64,000 nt of DNA from Auanema rhodensis (lineage: Eukaryota; Animalia; Nematoda), in NCBI GenBank assembly GCA_964057225.1, contig OZ059895.1, positions 21,576,001 through 21,640,000 on the forward strand, given 5' to 3'. Of the stretch, positions 23,301 through 38,800 are shown piece by piece. Each line of letters begins with the position of its first letter. The stretch's first letter is position 1. Below the pieces are notes generated by a model. That model was not told the origin of the DNA and made no database searches. It was given only the letters and a program-made list of their open reading frames with translations. The translations under genes were made by a program, and so were the position numbers.

Positions 23301-26300
23301 AAATTTCTCGAAAAAATTTTTGTCAAAATGTTTTTGGAAGCAATGTTGAGTGTACATGGAAACTCAACATACACTAATGCATAATTTTTCAAACGATCAT
23401 AACTAATTTTTGTATTAAGCGTTTCTCAGTGTAGTACAGTGCATTCGATGCGGATTTTTAAGCTGCGTCGATCTGTGTTATCAGATTTGCGCTAGCTTAA
23501 AAATGCACCGAGATATCAACTGATATAAGTTCACACTTATATCCTCGATTTTCACCCTGAAGAATTGATTTTTTCGTTGAATAACATTGTCCATCGTCTT
23601 TGCCTTGAAAAAAGGAATCTGAAAACATCTACTTTTGCTAGATTATTTTGAAATTTCTCGAAAAAATTTTTGTCAAAATGTTTTTGGAAGCAATGTTGAG
23701 TGTACATGGAAACTCAACATACACTAATGCATCATTTTTCAAACGATCATAACTAATTTTTCTATAAAGCGTTTCTCAATGTAGTATAGTGCATTCGATG
23801 CGGATTTTTAAGCTGCGTCGATCTGTGTTCTCAGATTTGCGCTAGCGTAAAAATGCACCGAGATATCAACTGATATAAGTTCACACTTATATCCTCGATT
23901 TTCACCCTGAAGAATTAATTTTTTCGTTGAATAACATTGTCCATCGTCTTTGCTTTAAAAAAAAGAATCTAAAAACATCTACTTTTTGATAAATTATTTT
24001 AAAATTTCTCGAAAAAATTTTTGTCAAAATGTTTTTGGAAGCAATGTTGAGTGTACATGGAAACTCAACATACACTAATGCATCATTTTTCAAACGATCA
24101 TAACTAATTTTTGTATTAAGCGTTTCTCAGTGTAGTATAGTGCATTCGATGCGGATTTTTGAGCTGCGTCGATCTGTGTTATCAGATTTGCGCTAGCTTA
24201 AAAATGCACCGAGATATCAACTGATATAAGTTCACACTTATATCCTCGATTTTCACCCTGAAGAATTGATTTTTTCGTTGAATAACAATGTCCATCGTCT
24301 TTGCCTTGAAAAAAGGAATCTAAAAACATCTACTTTTTGCTAAATTATATTGAAATTTTTCGAAAAAATTTTTGTCGAAATGTTTTTGGAAGCAATGTTG
24401 AGTGTACATGGAAACTCAACATACACTAATGCATCATTTTTCAAACGATCATAACTAATTTTTCTATAAAGCGTTTCTCAATGTAGTATAGTGCATTCGA
24501 TGCGGATTTTTAAGCTGCGTCGATCTGTGTTATCAGATTTGCGCTAGCTTAAAAATGCACCGAGATATCAACTGATATAAGTTCACACTTATATCCTCGA
24601 TTTTCACCCTGAAGAATTAATTTTTTCGTTGAATAACATTGTCCATCGTCTTTGCCTTAAAAAAAGGAATCTAAAAACATCTACTTTTTGATAAATTATT
24701 TTAAAATTTTTCGAAAAAATTTTTGTCAAAATGTTTTTGGAAGCAATGTTGAGTGTACATGGAAACTCAACATACACTAATGCATAATTTTTGAAACGAT
24801 CATAACTAATTTTTGTATTAAGCGTTTCTCAGTGTAGTATAGTGCATTCGATGCGGATTTTTAAGCTGCGTCGATCTGTGTTATCAGATTTGCGCTAGCT
24901 TGAAAATGCACCGAGATATCAACTGATATAAGTTTACACTTATATCCTCGATTTTCACCCTGAAGAATTGATTTTTTCGTTGAATAACATTGTCCATCGT
25001 CTTTGCCTTGAAAAAAGGAATCTAAAAACATCTACTTTCGCTAGATTATTTTGAAATTTCTCGAAAAAATTTTTGTCAAAATGTTTTTGGAAGCAATGTT
25101 GAGTGTACATGGAAACTCAACATACACTAATGCATCATTTTTCAAACGATCATAACTAATTTTTGTATTAAGCGTTTCTCAGTGTAGTATAGTGCATTCG
25201 ATGCGGATTTTTGAGCTGCGTCGATCTGTGTTATCAGATTTGCGCTAGCTTAAAAATGCACCGAGATATCAACTGATATAAGTTCACACTTATATCCTCG
25301 ATTTTCACCCTGAAGAATTAATTTTTTCGTTGAATAACAATGTCCATCGTCTTTGCCTTGAAAAAAGGAATCTAAAAACATCTACTTTTTGCTAAATTAT
25401 ATTGAAATTTTTCGAAAAAATTTTTGTCAAAATGTTTTTGGAAGCAATGTTGAGTGTACATGGAAACTCAACATACACTAATGCATCATTTTTCAAACGA
25501 TCATAACTAATTTTTCTATAAAGCGTTTCTCAATGTAGTATAGTGCATTCGATGCGGATTTTTAAGTTGCGTCGATCTGTGTTATCAGATTTGCGCTAGC
25601 TTAAAAATGCACCGAGATATCAACTGATATAAGTTCACACTTATATCCTCGATTTTCACCCTGAGGAATTGATTTTTTCGTTGAATAACATTGTCCATCG
25701 TCTTTGCCTTGAAAAAAGGAATCTAAAAACATCTACTTTTGCTAGATTATTTTGAAATTTCTCGAAAAAATTTTTGTCAAAATGTTTTTGGAAGCAATGT
25801 TGAGTGTACATGGAAACTCAACATACACTAATGCATCATTTTTCAAACGATCATAACTAATTTTTCTATAAAGCGTTTCTCAATGTAGTATAGTGCATTC
25901 GATGCGGATTTTTAAGCTGCGTCGATCTGTGTTATCAGATTTGCGCTAGCTTAAAAATGCACCGAGATATCAACTGATATAAGTTCACACTTATATCCTC
26001 GATTTTCAACCTGAAGAATTAATTTTTTCGTTGAATAACATTGTCCATCGTCTTTGCCTTGAAAAAAGGAATCTAAAAACATCTACTTTTTGCTAAATTA
26101 TATTGAAATTTTTCGAAAAAATTTTTGTCAAAATGTTTTTGGAAGCAATGTTGAGTGTACATGGAAACTCAACATACACTAATGCATCATTTTTCAAACG
26201 ATCATAACTAATTTTTCTATAAAGCGTTTCTCAATGTAGTATAGTGCATTCGATGCGGATTTTTAAGCTGCGTCGATCTGTGTTCTGAGATTTGCGCTAG

Positions 26301-27400
26301 CTTAAAAATGCACCGAGATATCAACTGATATAAGTTCACACTTATATCCTCGATTTTCACCCTGAAGAATTAATTTTTTCGTTGAATAACATTGTCCATC
26401 GTCTTTGCCTTAAAAAAAGGAATCTAAAAACATCTACTTGTGCTAGATTATTTTGAAATTTCTCGAAAAAATTTTTGTCAAAATGTTTTTGGAAGCAATG
26501 TTGAGTGTACATGGAAACTCAACATACACTAATGCATCATTTTTCAAACGATCATAACTAATTTTTCTATAAAGCGTTTCTCAATGTAGTATAGTGCATT
26601 CGATGCGGATTTTTAAGCTGCGTCGATCTGTGTTCTCAGATTTGCGCTAGCTTAAAAATGCACCGAGATATCAACTGATATAAGTTCACACTTATATCCT
26701 CGATTTTCACCCTGAAGAATTAATTTTTTCGTTGAATAACATTGTCCATCGTCTTTGCCTTGAAAAAAGAAATCTAAAAACATCTACTTGTGCTAGATTA
26801 TTTTGAAATTTCTCGAAAAAATTTTTGTCAAAATGTTTTTGGAAGCAATGTTGAGTGTACATGGAAACTCAACATACACTAATGCATAATTTTTCAAACG
26901 ATCATAACTAATTTTTGTATTAAGCGTTTCTCAGTGTAGTACAGTGCATTCGATGCGGATTTTTAAGCTGCGTCGATCTGTGTTATCAGATTTGCGCTAG
27001 CTTAAAAATGCACCGAGATATCAACTGATATAAGTTCACACTTATATCCTCGATTTTCACCCTGAAGAATTGATTTTTTCGTTGAATAACATTGTCCATC
27101 GTCTTTGCCTTGAAAAAAGGAATCTGAAAACATCTACTTTCGCTAGATTATTTTGAAATTTCTCGAAAAAATTTTTGTCAAAATGTTTTTGGAAGCAATG
27201 TTGAGTGTACATGGAAACTCAACATACACTAATGCATCATTTTTCAAACGATCATAACTAATTTTTCTATAAAGCGTTTCTCAATGTAGTATAGTGCATT
27301 CGATGCGGATTTTTAAGCTGCGTCGATCTGTGTTCTCAGATTTGCGCTAGCGTAAAAATGCACCGAGATATCAACTGATATAAGTTCACACTTATATCCT
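20350..27400 (-). repeat. Higher-order repeat: ~10-monomer (3504-3505 bp) block present twice
   Basis: Shared rare variants at fixed offset: RNFK/FFLKQ-type monomers 20398/23902, ctgagga 22160/25665 and gttctgag 22782/26287. Confidence 0.85.
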
Positions 27401-30400
27401 CGATTTTCACCCTGAAGAATTGATTTTTTCGTTGAATAACATTGTCCATCGTCTTTGCCTTGAAAAAAGGAATCTAAAAACATCTACTTTTTGCTAAATT
27501 ATATTGAAATTTTTCGAAAAAATTTTTGTCAAAATGTTTTTGGAAGCAATGTTGAGTGTACATGGAAACTCAACATACACTAATGCATCATTTTTCAAAC
27601 GATCATAACTAATTTTTCTATAAAGCGTTTCTCAATGTAGTATAGTGCATTCGATGCGGATTTTTAAGCTGCGTCGATCTGTGTTCTCAGATTTGCGCTA
27701 GCTTAAAAATGCACCGAGATATCAACTGATATAAGTTCACACTTATATCCTCGATTTTCACCCTGAAGAATTGATTTTTTCGTTGAATAACATTGTCCAT
27801 CGTCTTTGCCTTGAAAAAAGGAATCTAAAAACATCTACTTTTTGCTAAATTATATTGAAATTTTTCGAAAAAATTTTTGTCAAAATGTTTTTGGAAGCAA
27901 TGTTGAGTGTACATGGAAACTCAACATACACTAATGCATCATTTTTCAAACGATCATAACTAATTTTTCTATAAAGCGTTTCTCAATGTAGTATAGTGCA
28001 TTCGATGCGGATTTTTAAGCTGCGTCGATCTGTGTTCTCAGATTTGCGCTAGCTTAAAAATGCACCGAGATATCAACTGATATAAGTTCACACTTATATC
28101 CTCGATTTTCACCCTGAAGAATTAATTTTTTCGTTGAATAACATTGTCCATCGTCTTTGCCTTGAAAAAAGGAATCTAAGAACATCTACTTTTTGCTAAA
28201 TTATATTGAAAATTTCTCGAAAAAATTTTTGTCAAAATGTTTTTGGAAGCAATGTTGAGTGTACATGGAAACTCAACATACACTAATGCATAATTTTTCA
28301 AACGATCATAACTAATTTTTCTATAAAGCGTTTCTCAATGTAGTATAGTGCATTCGATGCGGATTTTTAAGCTGCGTCGATCTGTGTTCTCAGATTTGCG
28401 CTAGCGTAAAAATGCACCGAGATATCAACTGATATAAGTTCACACTTATATCCTCGATTTTCACCCTGAAGAATTGATTTTTTCGTTGAATAACATTGTC
28501 CATCGTCTTTGCCTTGAAAAAAGGAATCTAAAAACATCTACTTTTGCTAGATTATTTTGAAATTTCTCGAAAAAATTTTTGTCAAAATGTTTTTGGAAGC
28601 AATGTTGAGTGTACATGGAAACTCAACATACACTAATGCATAATTTTTCAAACGATCATAACTAATTTTTGTATTAAGCGTTTCTCAATGTAGTATAGTG
28701 CATTCGATGCGGATTTTTAAGCTGCGTCGATCTGTGTTATCAGATTTGCGCTAGCTTAAAAATGCACCGAGATATCAACTGATATAAGTTCACACTTATA
28801 TCCTCGATTTTCACCCTGAAGAATTAATTTTTTCGTTGAATAACATTGTCCATCGTCTTTGCCTTAAAAAAACGAATCTAAAAACATCTACTTTTTGATA
28901 AATTATTTTAAAATTTTTCGAAAAAATTTTTGTCAAAATGTTTTTGGAAGCAATGTTGAGTGTACATGGAAACTCAACATACACTAATGCATAATTTTTC
29001 AAACGATCATAACTAATTTTTGTATTAAGCGTTTCTCAATGTAGTATAGTGCATTCGATGCGGATTTTTAAGCTGCGTCGATCTGTGTTATCAGATTTGC
29101 GCTAGCTTAAAAATGCACCGAGATATCAACTGATATAAGTTCACACTTATATCCTCGATTTTCACCCTGAAGAATTAATTTTTTCGTTGAATAACAATGT
29201 CCATCGTCTTTGCCTTGAAAAAAGGAATCTAAAAACATCTACTTTTTGCTAAATTATATTGAAATTTTTCGAAAAAATTTTTGTCAAAATGTTTTTGGAA
29301 GCAATGTTGAGTGTACATGGAAACTCAACATACACTAATGCATCATTTTTCAAACGATCATAACTAATTTTTCTATAAAGCGTTTCTCAATGTAGTATAG
29401 TGCATTCGATGCGGATTTTTAAGCTGCGTCGATCTGTGTTATCAGATTTGCGCTAGCTTAAAAATGCACCGAGATATCAACTGATATAAGTTCACACTTA
29501 TATCCTCGATTTTCACCCTGAAGAATTAATTTTTTCGTTGAATAACATTGTCCATCGTCTTTGCCTTAAAAAAAGGAATCTAAAAACATCTACTTTTTGA
29601 TAAATTATTTTAAAATTTTTCGAAAAAATTTTTGTCAAAATGTTTTTGGAAGCAATGTTGAGTGTACATGGAAACTCAACATACACTAATGCATAATTTT
29701 TCAAACGATCATAACTAATTTTTGTATTAAGCGTTTCTCAATGTAGTATAGTGCATTCGATGCGGATTTTTAAGCTGCGTCGATCTGTGTTATCAGATTT
29801 GCGCTAGCTTAAAAATGCACCGAGATATCAACTGATATAAGTTCACACTTATATCCTCGATTTTCACCCTGAAGAATTAATTTTTTCGTTGAATAACAAT
29901 GTCCATCGTCTTTGCCTTGAAAAAAGGAATCTAAAAACATCTACTTTTTGCTAAATTATATTGAAATTTTTCGAAAAAATTTTTGTCAAAATGTTTTTGG
30001 AAGCAATGTTGAGTGTACATGGAAACTCAACATACACTAATGCATCATTTTTCAAACGATCATAACTAATTTTTCTATAAAGCGTTTCTCAATGTAGTAT
30101 AGTGCATTCGATGCGGATTTTTAAGCTGCGTCGATCTGTGTTATCAGATTTGCGCTAGCTTAAAAATGCACCGAGATATCAACTGATATAAGTTCACACT
30201 TATATCCTCGATTTTCACCCTGAAGAATTAATTTTTTCGTTGAATAACATTGTCCATCGTCTTTGCCTTAAAAAAAGGAATCTAAAAACATCTACTTTTT
30301 GATAAATTATTTTAAAATTTTTCGAAAAAATTTTTGTCAAAATGTTTTTGGAAGCAATGTTGAGTGTACATGGAAACTCAACATACACTAATGCATAATT

Positions 30401-33400
30401 TTTCAAACGATCATAACTAATTTTTGTATTAAGCGTTTCTCAATGTAGTATAGTGCATTCGATGCGGATTTTTAAGCTGCGTCGATCTGTGTTATCAGAT
30501 TTGCGCTAGCTTAAAAATGCACCGAGATATCAACTGATATAAGTTCACACTTATATCCTCGATTTTCAACCTGAAGAATTAATTTTTTCGTTGAATAACA
30601 TTGTCCATCGTCTTTGCCTTAAAGAAAGGAATCTAAAAACATCTACTTTTTGATAAATTATTTTAAAATTTTTCGAAAAAATTTTTGTCAAAATGTTTTT
30701 GGAAGCAATGTTGAGTGTACATGGAAACTCAACATACACTAATGCATCATTTTTCAAACGATCATAACTAATTTTTCTATAAAGCGTTTCTCAATGTAGT
30801 ATAGTGCATTCGATGCGGATTTTTAAGCTGCGTCGATCTGTGTTATTAGATTTGCGCTAGCTTAAAAATGCACCGAGATATCAACTGATATAAGTTCACA
30901 CTTATATCCTCGATTTTCACCCTGAAGAATTAATTTTTTCGTTGAATAACATTGTCCATCGTCTTTGCCTTAAAAAAAGGAATCTAAAAACATCTACTTT
31001 TTGATAAATTATTTTAAAATTTTTCGAAAAAATTTTTGTCAAAATGTTTTTGGAAGCAATGTTGAGTGTACATGGAAACTCAACATACACTAATGCATAA
31101 TTTTTCAAACGATCATAACTAATTTTTGTATTAAGCGTTTCTCAATGTAGTATAGTGCATTCGATGCGGATTTTTAAGCTGCGTCGATCTGTGTTATCAG
31201 ATTTGCGCTAGCTTAAAAATGCACCGAGATATCAACTGATATAAGTTCACACTTATATCCTCGATTTTCAACCTGGAGAATTAATTTTTTCGTTGAATAA
31301 CATTGTCCATCGTCTTTGCCTTGAAAAAAGGAATCTAAAAACATCTACTTTTTGCTAAATTATATTGAAATTTTTCGAAAAAATTTTTGTCAAAATGTTT
31401 TTGGAAGCAATGTTGAGTGTACATGGAAACTCAACATACACTAATGCATCATTTTTCAAACGATCATAACTAATTTTTCTATAAAGCGTTTCTCAATGTA
31501 GTATAGTGCATTCGATGCGGATTTTTAAGCTGCGTCGATCTGTGTTCTCAGATTTGCGCAAGCTTAAAAATGCACCGAGATATCAACTGATATAAGTTCA
31601 CACTTATATCCTCGATTTTCACCCTGAAGAATTAATTTTTTCGTTGAATAACATTGTCCATCGTCTTTGCCTTAAAAAAAGGAATCTAAAAACATCTACT
31701 TTTTGATGAATTATTTTAAAATTTTTCGAAAAAATTTTTGTCAAAATGTTTTTGGAAGCAATGTTGAGTGTACATGGAAACTCAACATACACTAATGCAT
31801 AATTTTTCAAACGATCATAACTAATTTTTGTATTAAGCGTTTCTCAATGTAGTATAGTGCATTCGATGCGGATTTTTAAGCTGCGTCGATCTGTGTTATC
31901 AGATTTGCGCTAGCTTAAAAATGCACCGAGATATCAACTGATATAAGTTCACACTTATATCCTCGATTTTCAACCTGGAGAATTAATTTTTTCGTTGAAT
32001 AACATTGTCCATCGTCTTTGCCTTGAAAAAAGGAATCTAAAAACATCTACTTTTTGCTAAATTATATTGAAAATTTTCGAAAAAATTTTTGTCAAAATGT
32101 TTTTGGAAGCAATGTTGAGTGTACATGGAAACTCAACATACACTAATGCATCATTTTTCAAACGATCATAACTAATTTTTCTATAAAGCGTTTCTCAATG
32201 TAGTATAGTGCATTCGATGCGGATTTTTAAGCTGCGTCGATCTGTGTTCTCAGATTTGCGCAAGCTTAAAAATGCACCGAGATATCAACTGATATAAGTT
32301 TACACTTATATCCTCGATTTTCACCCTGAAGAATTAATTTTTTCGTTGAATAACATTGTCCATCGTCTTTGCCTTAAAAAAAGGAATCTAAAAACATCTA
32401 CTTTTTGATGAATTATTTTAAAATTTTTCGAAAAAATTTTTGTCAAAATGTTTTTGGAAGCAATGTTGAGTGTACATGGAAACTCAACATACACTAATGC
32501 ATAATTTTTCAAACGATCATAACTAATTTTTGTATTAAGCGTTTCTCAATGTAGTATAGTGCATTCGATGCGGATTTTTAAGCTGCGTCGATCTGTGTTA
32601 TCAGATTTGCGCTAGCTTAAAAATGCACCGAGATATCAACTGATATAAGTTCACACTTATATCCTCGATTTTCACCCTGAAGAATTAATTTTTTCGTTGA
32701 ATAACATTGTCCATCGTCTTTGCCTTAAAAAAAGGAATCTAAAAACATCTACTTTTTGATAAATTATTTTAAAATTTTTCGAAAAAATTTTTGTCAAAAT
32801 GTTTTTGGAAGCAATGTTGAGTGTACATGGAAACTCAACATACACTAATGCATAATTTTTCAAACGATCATAACTAAATTTTGTATTAAGCGTTTCTCAA
32901 TGTAGTATAGTGCATTCGATGCGGATTTTTAAGCTGCGTCGATCTGTGTTATCAGATTTGCGCTAGCTTAAAAATGCACCGAGATATCAACTGATATAAG
33001 TTCACACTTATATCCTCGATTTTCAACCTGAAGAATTAATTTTTTCGTTGAATAACATTGTCCATCGTCTTTGCCTTAAAAAAAGGAATCTAAAAACATC
33101 TACTTTTTGATAAATTATTTTAAAATTTTTCGAAAAAATTTTTGTCAAAATGTTTTTGGAAGCAATGTTGAGTGTACATGGAAACTCAACATACACTAAT
33201 GCATAATTTTTCAAACGATCATAACTAATTTTTGTATTAAGCGTTTCTCAATGTAGTATAGTGCATTCGATGCGGATTTTTGAGCTGCGTCGATCTGTGT
33301 TATCAGATTTGCGCTAGCTTAAAAATGCACCGAGATATCAACTGATATAAGTTCACACTTATATCCTCGATTTTCACCCTGAAGAATTAATTTTTTCGTT

Positions 33401-35849
33401 GAATAACAATGTCCATCGTCTTTGCCTTGAAAAAAGGAATCTAAAAACATCTACTTTTTGCTAAATTATATTGAAATTTTTCGAAAAAATTTTTGTCAAA
33501 ATGTTTTTGGAAGCAATGTTGAGTGTACATGGAAACTCAACATACACTAATGCATCATTTTTCAAACGATCATAACTAATTTTTCTATAAAGCGTTTCTC
33601 AATGTAGTATAGTGCATTCGATGCGGATTTTTAAGCTGCGTCGATCTGTGTTATCAGATTTGCGCTAGCTTAAAAATGCACCGAGATATCAACTGATATA
33701 AGTTCACACTTATATCCTCGATTTTCACCCTGAAGAATTAATTTTTTCGTTGAATAACATTGTCCATCGTCTTTGCCTTAAAAAAAGAAATCTAAAAACA
33801 TCTACTTGTGCTAGATTATTTTGAAATTTCTCGAAAAAATTTTTGTCAAAATGTTTTTGGAAGCAATGTTGAGTGTACATGGAAACTCAACATACACTAA
33901 TGCATAATTTTTCAAACGATCATAACTAATTTTTGTATTAAGCGTTTCTCAGTGTAGTACAGTGCATTCGATGCGGATTTTTAAGCTGCGTCGATCTGTG
34001 TTATCAGATTTGCGCTAGCTTAAAAATGCACCGAGATATCAACTGATATAAGTTCACACTTATATCCTCGATTTTCACCCTGAAGAATTGATTTTTTCGT
34101 TGAATAACATTGTCCATCGTCTTTGCCTTGAAAAAAGGAATCCGAAAACATCTACTTTTGCTAGATTATTTTGAAATTTCTCGAAAAAATTTTTGTCAAA
34201 ATGTTTTTGGAAGCAATGTTGAGTGTACATGGAAACTCAACATACACTAATGCATCATTTTTCAAACGATCATAACTAATTTTTCTATAAAGCGTTTCTC
34301 AATGTAGTATAGTGCATTCGATGCGGATTTTTAAGCTGCGTCGATCTGTGTTATCAGATTTGCGCTAGCTTAAAAATGCACCGAGATATCAACTGATATA
34401 AGTTCACACTTATATCCTCGATTTTCACCCTGAAGAATTAATTTTTTCGTTGAATAACAATGTCCATCGTCTTTGCCTTGAAAAAAGGAATCTAAAAACA
34501 TCTACTTTTTGCTAAATTATATTGAAATTTTTCGAAAAAATTTTTGTCAAAATGTTTTTGGAAGCAATGTTGAGTGTACATGGAAACTCAACATACACTA
34601 ATGCATCATTTTTCAAACGATCATAACTAATTTTTCTATAAAGCGTTTCTCAATGTAGTATAGTGCATTCGATGCGGATTTTTAAGCTGCGTCGATCTGT
34701 GTTATCAGATTTGCGCTAGCTTAAAAATGCACCGAGATATCAACTGATATAAGTTCACACTTATATCCTCGATTTTCACCCTGAAGAATTAATTTTTTCG
34801 TTGAATAACATTGTCCATCGTCTTTGCCTTGAAAAAAGGAATCTAAAAACATCTACTTTTTGATAAATTATTTTAAAATTTTTCGAAAAAATTTTTGTCA
34901 AAATGTTTTTGGAAGCAATGTTGAGTGTACATGGAAACTCAACATACACTAATGCATAATTTTTCAAACGATCATAACTAATTTTTCTATAAAGCGTTTC
35001 TCAATGTAGTATAGTGCATTCGATGCGGATTTTTAAGCTGCGTCGATCTGTGTTATCAGATTTGCGCTAGCTTAAAAATGCACCGAGATATCAACTGATA
35101 TAAGTTCACACTTATATCCTCGATTTTCACCCTGAAGAATTAATTTTTTCGTTGAATAACAATGTCCATCGTCTTTGCCTTGAAAAAAGGAATCTAAAAA
35201 CATCTACTTTTTGCTAAATCATATTGAAATTTTCCGAAAAAATTTTTGTCAAAATGTTTTTGGAAGCAATGTTGAGTGTACATGGAAACTCAACATACAC
35301 TAATGCATCATTTTTCAAACGATCATAACTAATTTTTCTATAAAGCGTTTCTCAATGTAGTATAGTGCATTCGATGCGGATTTTTAAGCTGCGTCGATCT
35401 GTGTTATCAGATTTGCGCTAGCTTAAAAATGCACCGAGATATCAACTGATATAAGTTCACACTTATATCCTCGATTTTCACCCTGAAGAATTGATTTTTT
35501 CGTTGAATAACATTGTCCATCGTCTTTGCCTTGAAAAAAGGAATCTAAAAACATCTACTTTTGCTAGATTATTTTGAAATTTCTCGAAAAAATTTTTGTC
35601 AAAATGTTTTTGGAAGCAATGTTGAGTGTACATGGAAACTCAACATACACTAATGCATCATTTTTCAAACGATCATAACTAATTTTTCTATAAAGCGTTT
35701 CTCAATGTAGTATAGTGCATTCGATGCGGATTTTTAAGCTGCGTCGATCTGTGTTATCAGATTTGCGCTAGCTTAAAAATGCACCGAGATATCAACTGAT
35801 ATAAGTTCACACTTATATCCTCGATTTTCACCCTGAAGAATTAATTTTT

Positions 35850-38800
35850 TCGTTGAATAACATTGTCCATCGTCTTTGCCTTGAAAAAAGGAATCTAAGA
35901 ACATCTACTTTTTGCTAAATTATATTGAAAATTTCTCGAAAAAATTTTTGTCAAAATGTTTTTGGAAGCAATGTTGAGTGTACATGGAAACTCAACATAC
36001 ACTAATGCATAATTTTTCAAACGATCATAACTAATTTTTCTATAAAGCGTTTCTCAATGTAGTATAGTGCATTCGATGCGGATTTTTAAGCTGCGTCGAT
36101 CTGTGTTCTCAGATTTGCGCTAGCGTAAAAATGCACCGAGATATCAACTGATATAAGTTCACACTTATATCCTCGATTTTCACCCTGAAGAATTAATTTT
36201 TTCGTTGAATAACAATGTCCATCGTCTTTGCCTTGAAAAAAGGAATCTAAAAACATCTACTTTTTGCTAAATTATATTGAAATTTTTCGAAAAAATTTTT
36301 GTCAAAATGTTTTTGGAAGCAATGTTGAGTGTACATGGAAACTCAACATACACTAATGCATCATTTTTCAAACGATCATAACTAATTTTTCTATAAAGCG
36401 TTTCTCAATGTAGTATAGTGCATTCGATGCGGATTTTTAAGCTGCGTCGATCTGTGTTATCAGATTTGCGCTAGCTTAAAAATGCACCGAGATATCAACT
36501 GATATAAGTTCACACTTATATCCTCGATTTTCACCCTGAAGAATTAATTTTTTCGTTGAATAACAATGTCCATCGTCTTTGCCTTGAAAAAAGGAATCTA
36601 AAAACATCTACTTTTTGCTAAATTATATTGAAATTTTTCGAAAAAATTTTTGTCAAAATGTTTTTGGAAGCAATGTTGAGTGTACATGGAAACTCAACAT
36701 ACACTAATGCATCATTTTTCAAACGATCATAACTAATTTTTCTATAAAGCGTTTCTCAATGTAGTATAGTGCATTCGATGCGGATTTTTAAGCTGCGTCG
36801 ATCTGTGTTATCAGATTTGCGCTAGCTTAAAAATGCACCGAGATATCAACTGATATAAGTTCACACTTATATCCTCGATTTTCACCCTGAAGAATTGATT
36901 TTTTCGTTGAATAACATTGTCCATCGTCTTTGCCTTGAAAAAAGGAATCTAAAAACATCTACTTTTGCTAGATTATTTTGAAATTTCTCGAAAAAATTTT
37001 TGTCAAAATGTTTTTGGAAGCAATGTTGAGTGTACATGGAAACTCAACATACACTAATGCATCATTTTTCAAACGATCATAACTAATTTTTCTATAAAGC
37101 GTTTCTCAATGTAGTATAGTGCATTCGATGCGGATTTTTAAGCTGCGTCGATCTGTGTTATCAGATTTGCGCTAGCTTAAAAATGCACCGAGATATCAAC
37201 TGATATAAGTTCACACTTATATCCTCGATTTTCACCCTGAAGAATTAATTTTTTCGTTGAATAACATTGTCCATCGTCTTTGCCTTGAAAAAAGGAATCT
37301 AAGAACATCTACTTTTTGCTAAATTATATTGAAAATTTCTCGAAAAAATTTTTGTCAAAATGTTTTTGGAAGCAATGTTGAGTGTACATGGAAACTCAAC
37401 ATACACTAATGCATAATTTTTCAAACGATCATAACTAATTTTTCTATAAAGCGTTTCTCAATGTAGTATAGTGCATTCGATGCGGATTTTTAAGCTGCGT
37501 CGATCTGTGTTCTCAGATTTGCGCTAGCGTAAAAATGCACCGAGATATCAACTGATATAAGTTCACACTTATATCCTCGATTTTCACCCTGAAGAATTGA
37601 TTTTTTCGTTGAATAACATTGTCCATCGTCTTTGCCTTGAAAAAAGGAATCTAAAAACATCTACTTTTGCTAGATTATTTTGAAATTTCTCGAAAAAATT
37701 TTTGTCAAAATGTTTTTGGAAGCAATGTTGAGTGTACATGGAAACTCAACATACACTAATGCATAATTTTTCAAACGATCATAACTAATTTTTCTATAAA
37801 GCGTTTCTCAATGTAGTATAGTGCATTCGATGCGGATTTTTAAGCTGCGTCGATCTGTGTTATCAGATTTGCGCTAGCTTAAAAATGCACCGAGATATCA
37901 ACTGATATAAGTTCACACTTATATCCTCGATTTTCACCCTGAAGAATTAATTTTTTCGTTGAATAACATTGTCCATCGTCTTTGCCTTAAAAAAAGAAAT
38001 CTAAAAACATCTACTTTTTGATAAATTATTTTAAAATTTTTCGAAAAAATTTTTGTCAAAATGTTTTTGGAAGCAATGTTGAGTGTACATGGAAACTCAA
38101 CATACACTAATGCATCATTTTTCAAACGATCATAACTAATTTTTGTATTAAGCGTTTCTCAATGTAGTATAGTGCATTCGATGCGGATTTTTAAGCTGCG
38201 TCGATCTGTGTTATCAGATTTGCGCTAGCTTAAAAATGCACCGAGATATCAACTGATATAAGTTCACACTTATATCCTCGATTTTCAACCTGAAGAATTG
38301 ATTTTTTCGTTGAATAACATTGTCCATCGTCTTTGCCTTGAAAAAAGGAATCTAAAAACATCTACTTTTTGCTAAATTATATTGAAAATTTCTCGAAAAA
38401 ATTTTTGTCAAAATGTTTTTGGAAGCAATGTTGAGTGTACATGGAAACTCAACATACACTAATGCATAATTTTTCAAACGATCATAACTAATTTTTCTAT
38501 AAAGCGTTTCTCAATGTAGTATAGTGCATTCGATGCGGATTTTTAAGCTGCGTCGATCTGTGTTCTCAGATTTGCGCTAGCGTAAAAATGCACCGAGATA
38601 TCAACTGATATAAGTTCACACTTATATCCTCGATTTTCACCCTGAAGAATTAATTTTTTCGTTGAATAACAATGTCCATCGTCTTTGCCTTGAAAAAAGG
38701 AATCTAAAAACATCTACTTTTTGCTAAATTATATTGAAATTTTTCGAAAAAATTTTTGTCAAAATGTTTTTGGAAGCAATGTTGAGTGTACATGGAAACT

